Positions 10,416 to 18,658 of a stretch of DNA of 64,000 nt are shown here, in pieces. Made by a program: the position numbers and the translations under genes. The number at the start of each line of letters is the position of its first letter. Positions within the stretch are counted from its first letter, which is position 1. The notes below the pieces were generated by a model that worked only from the letters and a program-made list of their open reading frames with translations, did not search any database and was not told the DNA's origin. Source of the DNA: Candidatus Aerophobetes bacterium Ae_b3b (GTDB taxonomy: Bacteria > Aerophobota > Aerophobia > Aerophobales > AE-B3A); contig NJBP01000004.1 in assembly GCA_005223085.1 (NCBI GenBank), forward strand, positions 855 through 64,854, in the 5' to 3' direction.

Positions 10416-11468
10416 ATGAGAATCTTGGACAAATTTTTGAGTAAGGAATATCTAAGATTATATTTCGTTTTTATTTTCTTTTTTATCGCAATTTTTCTTC
10501 TCACTGATTTTTTTACCTCTATACATAATTTAAAAAAAGGAGCTAAAATCTGGGATGTAATTCAATATTACTTTTTACAGATCCCATATTTATTCAATTT
10601 CCTCAGTCCCATGGCGGTCATTGTCTCCACCCTTTTTCTCATTACCCATTTAACTGGAACTCATCAGATTCAGGCTACACAAATTGCCGGAATATCTTTC
10701 AAAAGAACTGCTCTTCCTCTCTTAACTATAGGCCTCATCATTGGCTTCGTGGTAATTTTTGCAGACCAGACTTTAATCTTCAAAGCAAATGTGACTGCCG
10801 AGAAGCTTAAGCAAGAAAACTTTTTGGGTCCTCCACGAAAAAAGGTACAAAAGAACATCTTTATTCATGTTCCTCCTTCCTACTTATTTTACATAAGATC
10901 ATTTAATTCTGAGGCGGGAAGGATGGAAAATGTGTTCATATATGAAAAATCAACCCCTGGTACCGTTATTTTGGCCAAGGAAGGAAAATGGACGGGTAAG
11001 GAATGGATCTTATACCAGGGAATGAGATACCGATTAAATGAGAAAATGGAGGGAATACCATTTGCGGAAAAGACTCTACATCTGGATAGAAAACCTAGCT
11101 ACTTCACCAGAAAATATTTTCCTCCCGAGAAAATGAACATAGCAGAACTGCAAAGGTACATAAGTGAATACCGCAAAAGCGGATTCAAGACCCTTGATTT
11201 GGAAACAGAGCTAAACTTTAAGATTTCTTATCCCTTTACCAATTTTATTCTTCTTTTTTTGGGTATTCCAGTGGGATTGGTCTTGAGAAAGGGAGGAAGA
11301 GGAGCCAGCTTTGCCCTCGGTCTTCTCATAAGCTTTGCTTATTATGAGGCAATGGCTTTGCTTAAAACCCTGGGAGAAAACGGGATCGTCTCTCCTTTCT
11401 TAGCCGCTTGGGCTCCTAACTTGATTTTTTTAGCGGGAGGAATTTATCTATTCACCCGCGTAGAGTAG
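10416..11468 (+). CDS. lptG: LPS export ABC permease, LptF/LptG family (second subunit)
   Basis: N-terminus MRILDKFLSKEYL..., with the same architecture as the upstream paralog. The two genes are adjacent and co-directional. Confidence 0.7.
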   Translation: MRILDKFLSKEYLRLYFVFIFFFIAIFLLTDFFTSIHNLKKGAKIWDVIQYYFLQIPYLFNFLSPMAVIVSTLFLITHLTGTHQIQATQIAGISFKRTALPLLTIGLIIGFVVIFADQTLIFKANVTAEKLKQENFLGPPRKKVQKNIFIHVPPSYLFYIRSFNSEAGRMENVFIYEKSTPGTVILAKEGKWTGKEWILYQGMRYRLNEKMEGIPFAEKTLHLDRKPSYFTRKYFPPEKMNIAELQRYISEYRKSGFKTLDLETELNFKISYPFTNFILLFLGIPVGLVLRKGGRGASFALGLLISFAYYEAMALLKTLGENGIVSPFLAAWAPNLIFLAGGIYLFTRVE

Positions 11469-11476
11469 AAAATCAC

Positions 11477-12157
11477 TTAAGATTTTGAGTAAAAGTCCCG
11501 AAGATATCGGCGAATATCATCAAGGACGGGAGGATGCACCCGAAAAATTTCTATATCAGAGGGAAATTCAATGCTATTGTTCTCCCTGATAAAGATAATC
11601 CCGCTTTCGTTTTCTTTGAGTGTTTCATTTATTCTTTTGGCAACGAACTCATCTCTCTTTTGCATGGCCTCTACATAAAATTGGGAGACTTTGCTGAGAG
11701 CCTTCTCACTCTGAAGATTTGCGGTCAGACATCTGATCCAGTCCATGCTCTCCCTGACTAGATTCATATCTTCTGTAGCTTGGAGCTCAGCACCTTTCTC
11801 CACATATCTTTTGACAATCCTGTAGCTCTTACCATTTAACTTCTTAATTCTCTTAAGACCCTTTTCTCCTTTCTCATTGATCAACTCGTGATATATCTTG
11901 TGGATCTTTCCAACCTTGCTCCCTAGATCGTCCAGACGGAGGCTCACTTCCTTCCAGTAAGCTTCAAGCTTCGCCGGATAATCCTTAGGTAACCCTTTTT
12001 CGTGGGATTCTGCTATAGGTAAAAGGGGGACAAGATAGAGCTTTTTTCCAGGCTTTTTGAAATGCTCCACAGGAAGTTTTTCTATCCTCCCTATAGCCTT
12101 CTTGACCATCTCAATCACCCCCTGTTTTTCTCCAATTTTTTTCTCACCATCCCCCAA
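11477..12157 (-). CDS. hypothetical protein (no family recognised)
   Basis: 226-aa ORF. An internal ATG at 12109 has a GGGGGTGA RBS. The 5' third is duplicated at 12971..13204. Confidence 0.5.
   Translation of the reverse strand: MGDGEKKIGEKQGVIEMVKKAIGRIEKLPVEHFKKPGKKLYLVPLLPIAESHEKGLPKDYPAKLEAYWKEVSLRLDDLGSKVGKIHKIYHELINEKGEKGLKRIKKLNGKSYRIVKRYVEKGAELQATEDMNLVRESMDWIRCLTANLQSEKALSKVSQFYVEAMQKRDEFVAKRINETLKENESGIIFIRENNSIEFPSDIEIFRVHPPVLDDIRRYLRDFYSKS
11851..12050. repeat. ~200-bp direct repeat, copy 1 (inside hypothetical gene)
   Basis: Near-identical to 12981..13180 (a handful of substitutions by eye). Boundaries are approximate. Confidence 0.8.
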
Positions 12158-12169
12158 TCAATTCATTTC

Positions 12170-12310
12170 TCATTGCCCGATCCCCTCCAGAGTTGACCCT
12201 TCAAAAAACCTGCAGGTCATTTTCTCCTCAGCAATCTCCTCTCGATCGATTAAATCATCACCGGTGACTGGTTTTCCATAAGCGAATAGCTCTTTCACTA
12301 GCAACCTCAC
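12170..12310 (-). pseudogene. 46-codon fragment resembling the N-terminus of an Arch_ATPase/AAA ATP-binding protein
   Basis: Hand translation gives VRLLVKELFAYGKPVTGDDLIDREEIAEEKMTCRFFEGSTLEGIGQ*. The YGKPVTG..(F/L)I.REEE pattern is typical of that family's N-terminus. No P-loop follows. Confidence 0.3.
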
Positions 12311-12339
12311 TACCAGTTAGATTTGTTTTAAATTTAGCT

Positions 12340-12401
12340 TGCTATCTTTACTTTTATTTAACTTCCTTAGCTCACAAAGTATCTCTTTAAGAAGTAAGAG
12401 A
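12340..12401. repeat. ~60-nt direct repeat, copy 1 (remnant of the small ORF found at 14647..14820)
   Basis: GCTATCTTTACTTTTATTTAACTTCCTTAGCTCACAAAGTATCTCT plus a partly conserved extension matches 14662..14723. Confidence 0.8.
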
Positions 12402-12926
12402 GAATTGGTATTTCACCAGATCCTTTCCTTGCCGCAGATCAACGAGCCTCCCTGTCACCTTGCCTTTATCAAAGTCAACTACGACAAAGCTTGGAGGAAA
12501 GCCTTTTTTGTCTTCTTTTTGCAGGTGGCCAGGATTCACCCACAAGACTCCATTCTTTTCCTTTATCTCAGGGACATGAGTATGGCCGTAGAGAATCACC
12601 TTTATTCTCTCGCAGTCTATTAACTCCTGCGGTGAAAGCTCACCCGGTGGGTCATTTTTGTGAGGGGTGGGAGCATGAGTGATAAGAGTTTTCACTCCAC
12701 CAAATTCCCTCACCAGACGATTGGGTGTCTGAGGGTCCTGATAATAGGTGCTGAAAACCCCGGGAATTTTCACTACTTCAACCGGAAACTCCTCTAGAAC
12801 CTTAGCATCATCGTAATCGTCTCCCAGATGTATAATGGCTTGTACCTTTTCTTCAATGAGCTTGCGAGCGGCTGACTTCAGATTATCCAGATTTTTATGA
12901 CTGTCACTTACCACACCCATTCTCAT
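12387..12926 (-). CDS. YfcE/MJ0936-family metallophosphoesterase
   Basis: Motifs MRMGVVSDSH...IIHLGDD...ILYGHTHVP...NPGH. The ATG at 12926 has AAGGAG 7 nt upstream, so listed ORF start 12974 is likely an extension. Confidence 0.8.
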   Translation of the reverse strand: MRMGVVSDSHKNLDNLKSAARKLIEEKVQAIIHLGDDYDDAKVLEEFPVEVVKIPGVFSTYYQDPQTPNRLVREFGGVKTLITHAPTPHKNDPPGELSPQELIDCERIKVILYGHTHVPEIKEKNGVLWVNPGHLQKEDKKGFPPSFVVVDFDKGKVTGRLVDLRQGKDLVKYQFSLTS

Positions 12927-12970
12927 ATTCGCACTCCTTGGCTTTTGACCTATTTTTAAAAATTCATTTT

Positions 12971-13204
12971 TCAATCTGACTCTTCAAGACCCTTTTCTCC
13001 TTTCTCATTGATCAACTCGTGATATATCTTGTGGATCTTTCCAACCTTGCTTCCTAGATCGTCCAGACGGAGGCTCACTTCCTTCCAGTAAGCTTCAAGC
13101 TTTGCCGGATAATCCTTAGGTAACCCTTTTTCGTGGGATTCTGTTACAGGTAAAAGGGGGACAAGATAGAGTTTTCTTCCTAGGGAGCTTAACACATTTT
13201 CCAT
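12971..13204 (-). pseudogene. partial duplicate of the 5' third of the hypothetical gene 11477..12157
   Basis: The 77-aa ORF shares KLYLVPLLP..ESHEKGLPKDYPAKLEAYWKEVSLRLDDLGSKVGKIHKIYHELINEKGEKGL almost identically, then terminates. Confidence 0.7.
12981..13180. repeat. ~200-bp direct repeat, copy 2
   Basis: Matches 11851..12050. Boundaries are approximate. Confidence 0.8.
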
Positions 13205-13222
13205 TTAATACAAACGCCCAAT

Positions 13223-13750
13223 TTATTTCCAATATCCTATGCTATGAAGATAATACTCGGCAGTATATTCTCCCACCTGACTAAACCGTTGGGTCAATTT
13301 TCTAATTGCTTCTTTATCTCCCATACCTTTTAATGATCTTAAGAAGTTTGAAAAAGACCCGGCCTCTTGTATCGTGTTCTGAAACTCCCTGGCATCCTCT
13401 ATAATTGCTTTAACCTTATTTTTGTTCTTTATTACTCCCTCTCTTTTGAAGAGTTCGTTCACTGTCGCTTTTGCTAGTCTTTTGATATCGAAATTATAAA
13501 ATCCTTTCTTGAGTGTAGACCAATTTTTTCTAACCATCCCCCAACCAAGTCCAGCTTGTAATACACATAAACAAAGGACTTCAAAATATTGCTGGTCAGA
13601 TTTTGGCCGAATGCCTGGTCTGCACCTGCTTTTTTCTTCCTTGGCAAAAGTACATTCCCAAGGCGCTCTATGTTCTCTACTGCTTTCATTCATACTTATT
13701 GAAATGCGTTTCTTCCTAAATTTCTTGGCAAGGGGCCCAATTTCACTCAA
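13223..13750 (-). CDS. tag: DNA-3-methyladenine glycosylase I (Tag family)
   Basis: Motif YFEVLCLCVLQAGLGWGMVRKNW...FDIKRLA...GVIKNKNKVKAII resembles Tag. The true start may be an internal Met. Confidence 0.7.
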   Translation of the reverse strand: MSEIGPLAKKFRKKRISISMNESSREHRAPWECTFAKEEKSRCRPGIRPKSDQQYFEVLCLCVLQAGLGWGMVRKNWSTLKKGFYNFDIKRLAKATVNELFKREGVIKNKNKVKAIIEDAREFQNTIQEAGSFSNFLRSLKGMGDKEAIRKLTQRFSQVGEYTAEYYLHSIGYWK

Positions 13751-13769
13751 CTTTCTTCCCTCTTAAACC

Positions 13770-14038
13770 TCAACCTTTAATCCTTTGAGTCAACTTTTTA
13801 GCAAAATCTAGAACCCCTAGCGCATCTTCCTTCGCTTTCTTCGCTTCCTCCAAGGTATAATCTTTCTCAAAATAAAAGGAAGGGGCATCTTCAAAAGAGC
13901 CTTCAAGCTGATTTCAACTACCTCTTGAGCCCGCCTCACTACAAGATTGGGAAGATTTCTCTCAAAGACATTGGTTAGCTCCCGGGAAATGCCTTCCGCC
14001 TGGCTAAGCAGTTTTTCTCCTCTTTGGAAATTATTCAA
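13770..14038 (-). pseudogene. disrupted HEPN-domain gene (toxin partner of the MNT nucleotidyltransferase)
   Basis: Frame 1 (listed 73-aa ORF) gives the HEPN N-terminal helix pair ...LVVRRAQEVVEISLKALLK, then nonsense (RKRRKRRKMR). A second frame from about 13892 to the stop at 13770 reads EDAPSFYFEKDYTLEEAKKAKEDALGVLDFAKKLTQRIKG, a typical HEPN C-terminus. The central Rx4-6H region is missing. Confidence 0.5.
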
Positions 14039-14529
14039 ATCTCAATCACCTCTTTGGGCTTCCAATCAGGCTTCAGATCCCAATAATATGAACCGTCCGG
14101 AAGAGAAACTTTTTTTGCTCCTAGCTCCTGGAGTCTTTTTTTAAAAGAGAAGAGTCTCTTCTCCAGAATGCCGTCATGATCATATAAAATAATTCCATGG
14201 TCAAGAACATCTAAGAGTATGAGCGGATTTTTCTCCAGTTCCTTCTCGCCTAAAAATACTGGATAAGGGTCTGGTAAAAATCCATCTTTTTTCAGTCTTT
14301 TGTATTCCTTGTCTTTTTCCAGATCCCTGAGAACCTTCAAGAATCTCTCCATAGGCCGATAACCACAAGATTGATGAACGATCAAAAGATCTATATCACT
14401 TTGAGGCAAAGCTTCATTCCTCGCCACCGATCCAAAAAGTGCGCAGGACAAAAAATCCTCTCCAAAATGAAATTTAAGAAGTTCCACTATATTATCCAGT
14501 AAGACTTTGTAGGTATCATATCCTATCAC
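14035..14529 (-). CDS. minimal nucleotidyltransferase (MNT/NTP_transf_2) domain protein
   Basis: Motif LFGSVARNEALPQSDIDLLIV (GS...DxD). GTG start with AAGAAAGAGG RBS. A 4-nt ATGA overlap joins it to the downstream HEPN remnant. Confidence 0.75.
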   Translation of the reverse strand: MIGYDTYKVLLDNIVELLKFHFGEDFLSCALFGSVARNEALPQSDIDLLIVHQSCGYRPMERFLKVLRDLEKDKEYKRLKKDGFLPDPYPVFLGEKELEKNPLILLDVLDHGIILYDHDGILEKRLFSFKKRLQELGAKKVSLPDGSYYWDLKPDWKPKEVIEI

Positions 14530-14646
14530 AATTTAACCTCTTTCTTCTTTACTAAGATAATCCACCTTAATCCTCCCTACCCTACCGGTCATTTTCCGCT
14601 ACTTTCCTGTGGAAATAGTCACGGCCGAAAAAATATTAGATTTATC

Positions 14647-14820
14647 TTATATTTTGCCCTCGCTATCTTTACTTTTATTTAACTTCCTTAGCTCACAAAG
14701 TATCTCTCTGAGAAGCAGGAGAGTGAGACGACGATATTCGATCTCGCTTGATAACTTGGCCCACTTTCGTGGATTAGCCTCAGGTATGTAATCTTCCAGT
14801 ACCTCAAGAATGTCCTTCAT
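14647..14820 (-). CDS. 57-aa small ORF of unknown function upstream of the MNT gene
   Basis: ATG at 14820 with AAGGAG 9 nt upstream. Hand translation gives MKDILEVLEDYIPEANPRKWAKLSSEIEYRRLTLLLLREILCELRKLNKSKDSEGKI*. Its 3' half recurs as a remnant at 12340..12401. It falls below the ORF-track cutoff. Confidence 0.4.
   Translation of the reverse strand: MKDILEVLEDYIPEANPRKWAKLSSEIEYRRLTLLLLREILCELRKLNKSKDSEGKI
14662..14723. repeat. ~60-nt direct repeat, copy 2 (inside the small ORF)
   Basis: Matches 12340..12401. Confidence 0.8.
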
Positions 14821-14871
14821 ATTCCATCACTCCTTTGCTTGACCATAGCAAGAGCCCTATATTTTCAGGGG

Positions 14872-15606
14872 TTAGGCCACAAAAACTATCCCTACAGAAA
14901 TGGCGCAAGGTATAGATTCAGGATCAACATCTTTATGCGCTACTGGATAGATTCCCCAGCCTACCAGACTCACTAAACGGTAAACATCAATCCCTACCGC
15001 CTCCATGGAAGGCCTTGCCTTCAAAGGGAAACGACATCGGCCACTGTCCAGGAATTGACAGATTCGACCCCCACAAAGAGCGGTCTTACATCCTCCCGCA
15101 GCAAAACCAGCCGCAAAATAATACCCGTCATTAAAAGCTAGAGCCTCAACTCCAGAGACTATACGATGCGTTTTACCCTGGTGGGCCATATGAGCCTTAT
15201 ACCACTTCTCATCGTCCACAAAATCCTCAGCCGGCAAAACATCATTCTTTACCATTATAGCATAACTATATTTTTCTAATATCCTTCGCATCTGGTGCGG
15301 CTCGGGGGTATAGGGAGGACAATTAGGCGTTTCCCCGTATAAGTGGCAGCGAGGAACAAGACATTTCAGCCTCACCCGTGGGTCTACCACAACTTGCCTG
15401 GCAGGGATAATTCTGGCATCGGTTGCTCCTAACTGAAGAGATTTTTCTTGATAAAGATCAAGATCTTTTTTCAAAATCTTTTCCGGGGTATCTAGTTTTA
15501 TTCTCCTGGCTCTAATCTTACCCATTATTTGCTTCTCTTCAACCTGATTCTTAAGATTGACAACTCTGACCAAAAACTTGCCGAAGCTTTTTTGAAAGAA
15601 CCTCAC
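14872..15606 (-). CDS. DUF2284-like predicted metal-binding protein
   Basis: The Cys pattern LKCLVPRCHLYGETPNCPPYTPEP...GGCKTALCGGRIC is typical of DUF2284. The true start may be an internal Met. Confidence 0.6.
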   Translation of the reverse strand: MRFFQKSFGKFLVRVVNLKNQVEEKQIMGKIRARRIKLDTPEKILKKDLDLYQEKSLQLGATDARIIPARQVVVDPRVRLKCLVPRCHLYGETPNCPPYTPEPHQMRRILEKYSYAIMVKNDVLPAEDFVDDEKWYKAHMAHQGKTHRIVSGVEALAFNDGYYFAAGFAAGGCKTALCGGRICQFLDSGRCRFPLKARPSMEAVGIDVYRLVSLVGWGIYPVAHKDVDPESIPCAISVGIVFVA

Positions 15607-15636
15607 TACTTATAGAAATTAAGGAGAGAAACGGAT

Positions 15637-16149
15637 TTATTTTTCAACCTGACTCTCAAGAAGTTCAAGATAAGAGTTCCTGGTGAGTTTTCTTTTTTCT
15701 ATACCTAACTTTTGCAAAAGCTCGAACATCTTTTCTTTATGCTTCCAGGAGGTTCCTTCCAGCTCCATAAAATTGCCTAATCCTTTTACTTCATCCAGAT
15801 AAATTCTCAGATCTTCCCACTGATAAAAACTCCTCCATTTCTCCACTTCTCTTATGGGGGAAAACCCCAAATTTTTTAAAAGGTTAAATGCCCCCTTCTC
15901 TACCCTTATCTGAATCTCTTTTCTGGTTTTCGTCTCCGGATCAAGCTTTTCTCCTTTGTAAGTTAAAAAATAGTTATCTTCAACTTTCCGCATTCTCAAG
16001 GCTTCATCAGATTTTTTAAAATCATGACAGGGATGTCTGAAATAGACATCCTTTTGATGGGTTCGGTTGATAAATTCTGCCCCTAACTCACCTAACCTCT
16101 TTTTCATTGGTTCAATCTCTATCTTTGCCTTGATCTCCACCTCCAGCAT
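15637..16149 (-). CDS. CYTH-domain protein (class IV adenylate cyclase / triphosphatase family)
   Basis: The N-terminal EVEIKAK (ExExK) signature and ~170-aa length are typical of CyaB/ThTPase CYTH proteins. Confidence 0.8.
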   Translation of the reverse strand: MLEVEIKAKIEIEPMKKRLGELGAEFINRTHQKDVYFRHPCHDFKKSDEALRMRKVEDNYFLTYKGEKLDPETKTRKEIQIRVEKGAFNLLKNLGFSPIREVEKWRSFYQWEDLRIYLDEVKGLGNFMELEGTSWKHKEKMFELLQKLGIEKRKLTRNSYLELLESQVEK

Positions 16150-16185
16150 CTTAAGACCCCTTAATACTATTACTTAAAAGAAAGT

Positions 16186-17298
16186 CTAGTCGGTATTCTT
16201 CAAATCCTTATTTTTAGAAATATTCAACAATATCCCCACCGCTGTCAGACACACTATCAAGGAAGAGCCTCCATAGCTAATGAAAGGCAGAGTAGCTCCA
16301 GTTGTGGGAAGAATTACTGTGGCTACACCCATATTGACAATGGCCTGAACGAGAATAAGACAGGTTAGTCCGAGAGCCAGAAGCTTACCCAGACCATCCG
16401 GTGCTTTTCTAGCAATTCTAAGACCACGCAGGGCTACCACAAAAAATAAAGCTATAATGATGCTGGTTCCAATAAAACCGAGTTCCTCTCCAATTACGGC
16501 GAAAATAGAATCGGTGTGGGGAGCAGGAAGATAGAAAAGTTTTTCTTTTCCCTGACCTGGTCCCAGACCCCACAGGCCCCCTGAGCCAATAGAGATCTTC
16601 AAATGCCGGGGATGAAAACCTATTCCCTGAGGGTCCAGTCCCGGGCGAAGAAATCCGAGTATCCTGATTTTCTGATAGCCTATCTTGAATATGGAGAAAG
16701 AGAGAGGTATCAAAGCTAGAATCACAGTGTAGGCAAGGTGAGAAATTCTGGCACCTCCGGCGTAGAGAAGAATAAAGGCTAGTACGGCTATAATTAAAGC
16801 CGATCCTAGATCCGGCTCTATCATCACCAGAACAGAAATGACTCCCAGGGTAATAAAATAGGGTAGAGAGCCACTAATGTAACTTTGCATCTTTTCTTTC
16901 TTTCTTACCAGAGAAAAGGCAAGATAGATGATGAGACCCAGTTTGGTAAACTCACTGGGAGTGAAAGTGATAGGGCCAAGGCCGATCAAGCGGTGTACAC
17001 CACGGGTGGGTTTACCTATACCGGGTATGAAGACAGCACAAAGTAAAATTATAATAAAAAGAGGAAGGAATCTCGATATGATCTGATATTTCTGATAATT
17101 AAACCTGCTGGCCAGCCAGAGGAAGATAAAACCCGGTCCCAGCCACAGCAGTTGACGCTTGAGAAAATAATAAAGATCACCTTTATGATAAATATAGGCA
17201 TAGGCTGCACTAGCACTAAAAAGTTCCATCAGCCCTATACCTACGAGTATCAACGTAGCAACCAGTAAAGGATAATCAAAATCTTCCCCAGCTTTCAA
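16186..17298 (-). CDS. ftsW: SEDS-family peptidoglycan polymerase FtsW
   Basis: FtsW/RodA/SpoVE multi-TM pattern (...PEHTDSIFAVIGEELGF-like PAPHTDSIFAVIGEELGFIG). Located directly after murD in the dcw cluster. Confidence 0.85.
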   Translation of the reverse strand: MKAGEDFDYPLLVATLILVGIGLMELFSASAAYAYIYHKGDLYYFLKRQLLWLGPGFIFLWLASRFNYQKYQIISRFLPLFIIILLCAVFIPGIGKPTRGVHRLIGLGPITFTPSEFTKLGLIIYLAFSLVRKKEKMQSYISGSLPYFITLGVISVLVMIEPDLGSALIIAVLAFILLYAGGARISHLAYTVILALIPLSFSIFKIGYQKIRILGFLRPGLDPQGIGFHPRHLKISIGSGGLWGLGPGQGKEKLFYLPAPHTDSIFAVIGEELGFIGTSIIIALFFVVALRGLRIARKAPDGLGKLLALGLTCLILVQAIVNMGVATVILPTTGATLPFISYGGSSLIVCLTAVGILLNISKNKDLKNTD

Positions 17299-17299
17299 T

Positions 17300-18658
17300 T
17301 TATGAGCCTAACTTTCTCACCTCCTCTTTAAAAACCTTTCCTCTCTCCTCATAATTCTTAAACTGATCAAAACTGGCACAAGCAGGCGAAAGCAGAACAC
17401 AATCACCTTTTTGAGCTTTATTAAAAGCCTCTCTTACTGCATCTCTCATATTTTCTACTTCGGAGAGTAGACAGATGGTATTTAACTGAGCTTTAATTAC
17501 CCTTTTAGCCTCCCCCAGCAAGATTACCCTCTTGACCCTTTCCTTTATGGCATTTCTAAGATAAAAGAAATTGGCTCCCTTATCCTTTCCTCCCATAATG
17601 AGAATGATTGGCTGCGCGATGGACTCAAGGCAGCTCTTCACTGCCCCCTCGTTAGTGGCCTTAGAATCATTTATAAAATCCACTCCTCTTATCCTGGCCA
17701 CCGGCTCACAGCGATGAGGCAGTCCTTTAAACTCCAGCAAAGCCTCTCTCACCGCTTCTCTCTCTAATCGATAAAGAGAGGCGATAGCTATGGCAGAGAG
17801 AATATTTTCCAGATTATGAGACCCGGTAAAACTAATCTCGTCCCTGGAAACAACCACTTCCTCTCCCTCAAACTTTCTCATTATGTGAGGTCCCTTAAGG
17901 AAAACTCCTCTTTCCAACCTCTCTTTTTGACTGAAAAAGATAACCTCTGCTCTGGTTTTTCTCCTTAAAGGGTAGACACGAGGATCGTCTCTATTTAATA
18001 TGGTATAACCATCTGATTCCTGATTGGTGAGGATGCGACTTTTAAGCCAAATATATTGTTCAAGATCTGGATGTCTATCCAGATGATCGGGGGAGATATT
18101 GAGAATACAGGATATAAAAGGCGAAAACTTCTTAATAGTTTCCAATTGGAAACTACTTACCTCTGTTACAATTATTTTCCCGGGTCTTCTAACAACCTCA
18201 GAAAGAGGTATCCCTATGTTACCTGCTATCTGAACATCTTTGTAAGCTTTTTTCAGTATCTTCTCTGTGAGGACAGTGGTGGTGGTCTTTCCATTGGTAC
18301 CCGTAATAGCAATAAGAGATCTATCTGGTAAAAAGCGGTAAGCTAGCTCTAACTCTCCCATTATAGGAATATGTAGCTTTTCTGCCTGGCGAAGCAGGGG
18401 AATATCAAGAGGAATCCCAGGAGAAAGAACAATTAACTGGTGTCCGGGAAGGATTTCCAACGGGTGTGAGCCCAGGATTACCTTAATCCCATTTCTTTCA
18501 AACTCTCTGGCTCTAGCTCTCATCTCTTTACTATCTTCTAATTCATTAATGGTTACCTTTGCTCCCTTGTCCTTTAATAGACGGGTTGCTCCCATACCGC
18601 TGATTCCCATGCCCAGCACCAGTACTTTTTTACCTTTGAGCATCATGGGCTTCACCAC
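17300..18658 (-). CDS. murD: UDP-N-acetylmuramoylalanine--D-glutamate ligase
   Basis: Motifs KKVLVLGMGISGMG...ITGTNGKTTT, plus dcw context. The start overlaps the mraY stop. Confidence 0.9.
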   Translation of the reverse strand: MVKPMMLKGKKVLVLGMGISGMGATRLLKDKGAKVTINELEDSKEMRARAREFERNGIKVILGSHPLEILPGHQLIVLSPGIPLDIPLLRQAEKLHIPIMGELELAYRFLPDRSLIAITGTNGKTTTTVLTEKILKKAYKDVQIAGNIGIPLSEVVRRPGKIIVTEVSSFQLETIKKFSPFISCILNISPDHLDRHPDLEQYIWLKSRILTNQESDGYTILNRDDPRVYPLRRKTRAEVIFFSQKERLERGVFLKGPHIMRKFEGEEVVVSRDEISFTGSHNLENILSAIAIASLYRLEREAVREALLEFKGLPHRCEPVARIRGVDFINDSKATNEGAVKSCLESIAQPIILIMGGKDKGANFFYLRNAIKERVKRVILLGEAKRVIKAQLNTICLLSEVENMRDAVREAFNKAQKGDCVLLSPACASFDQFKNYEERGKVFKEEVRKLGS

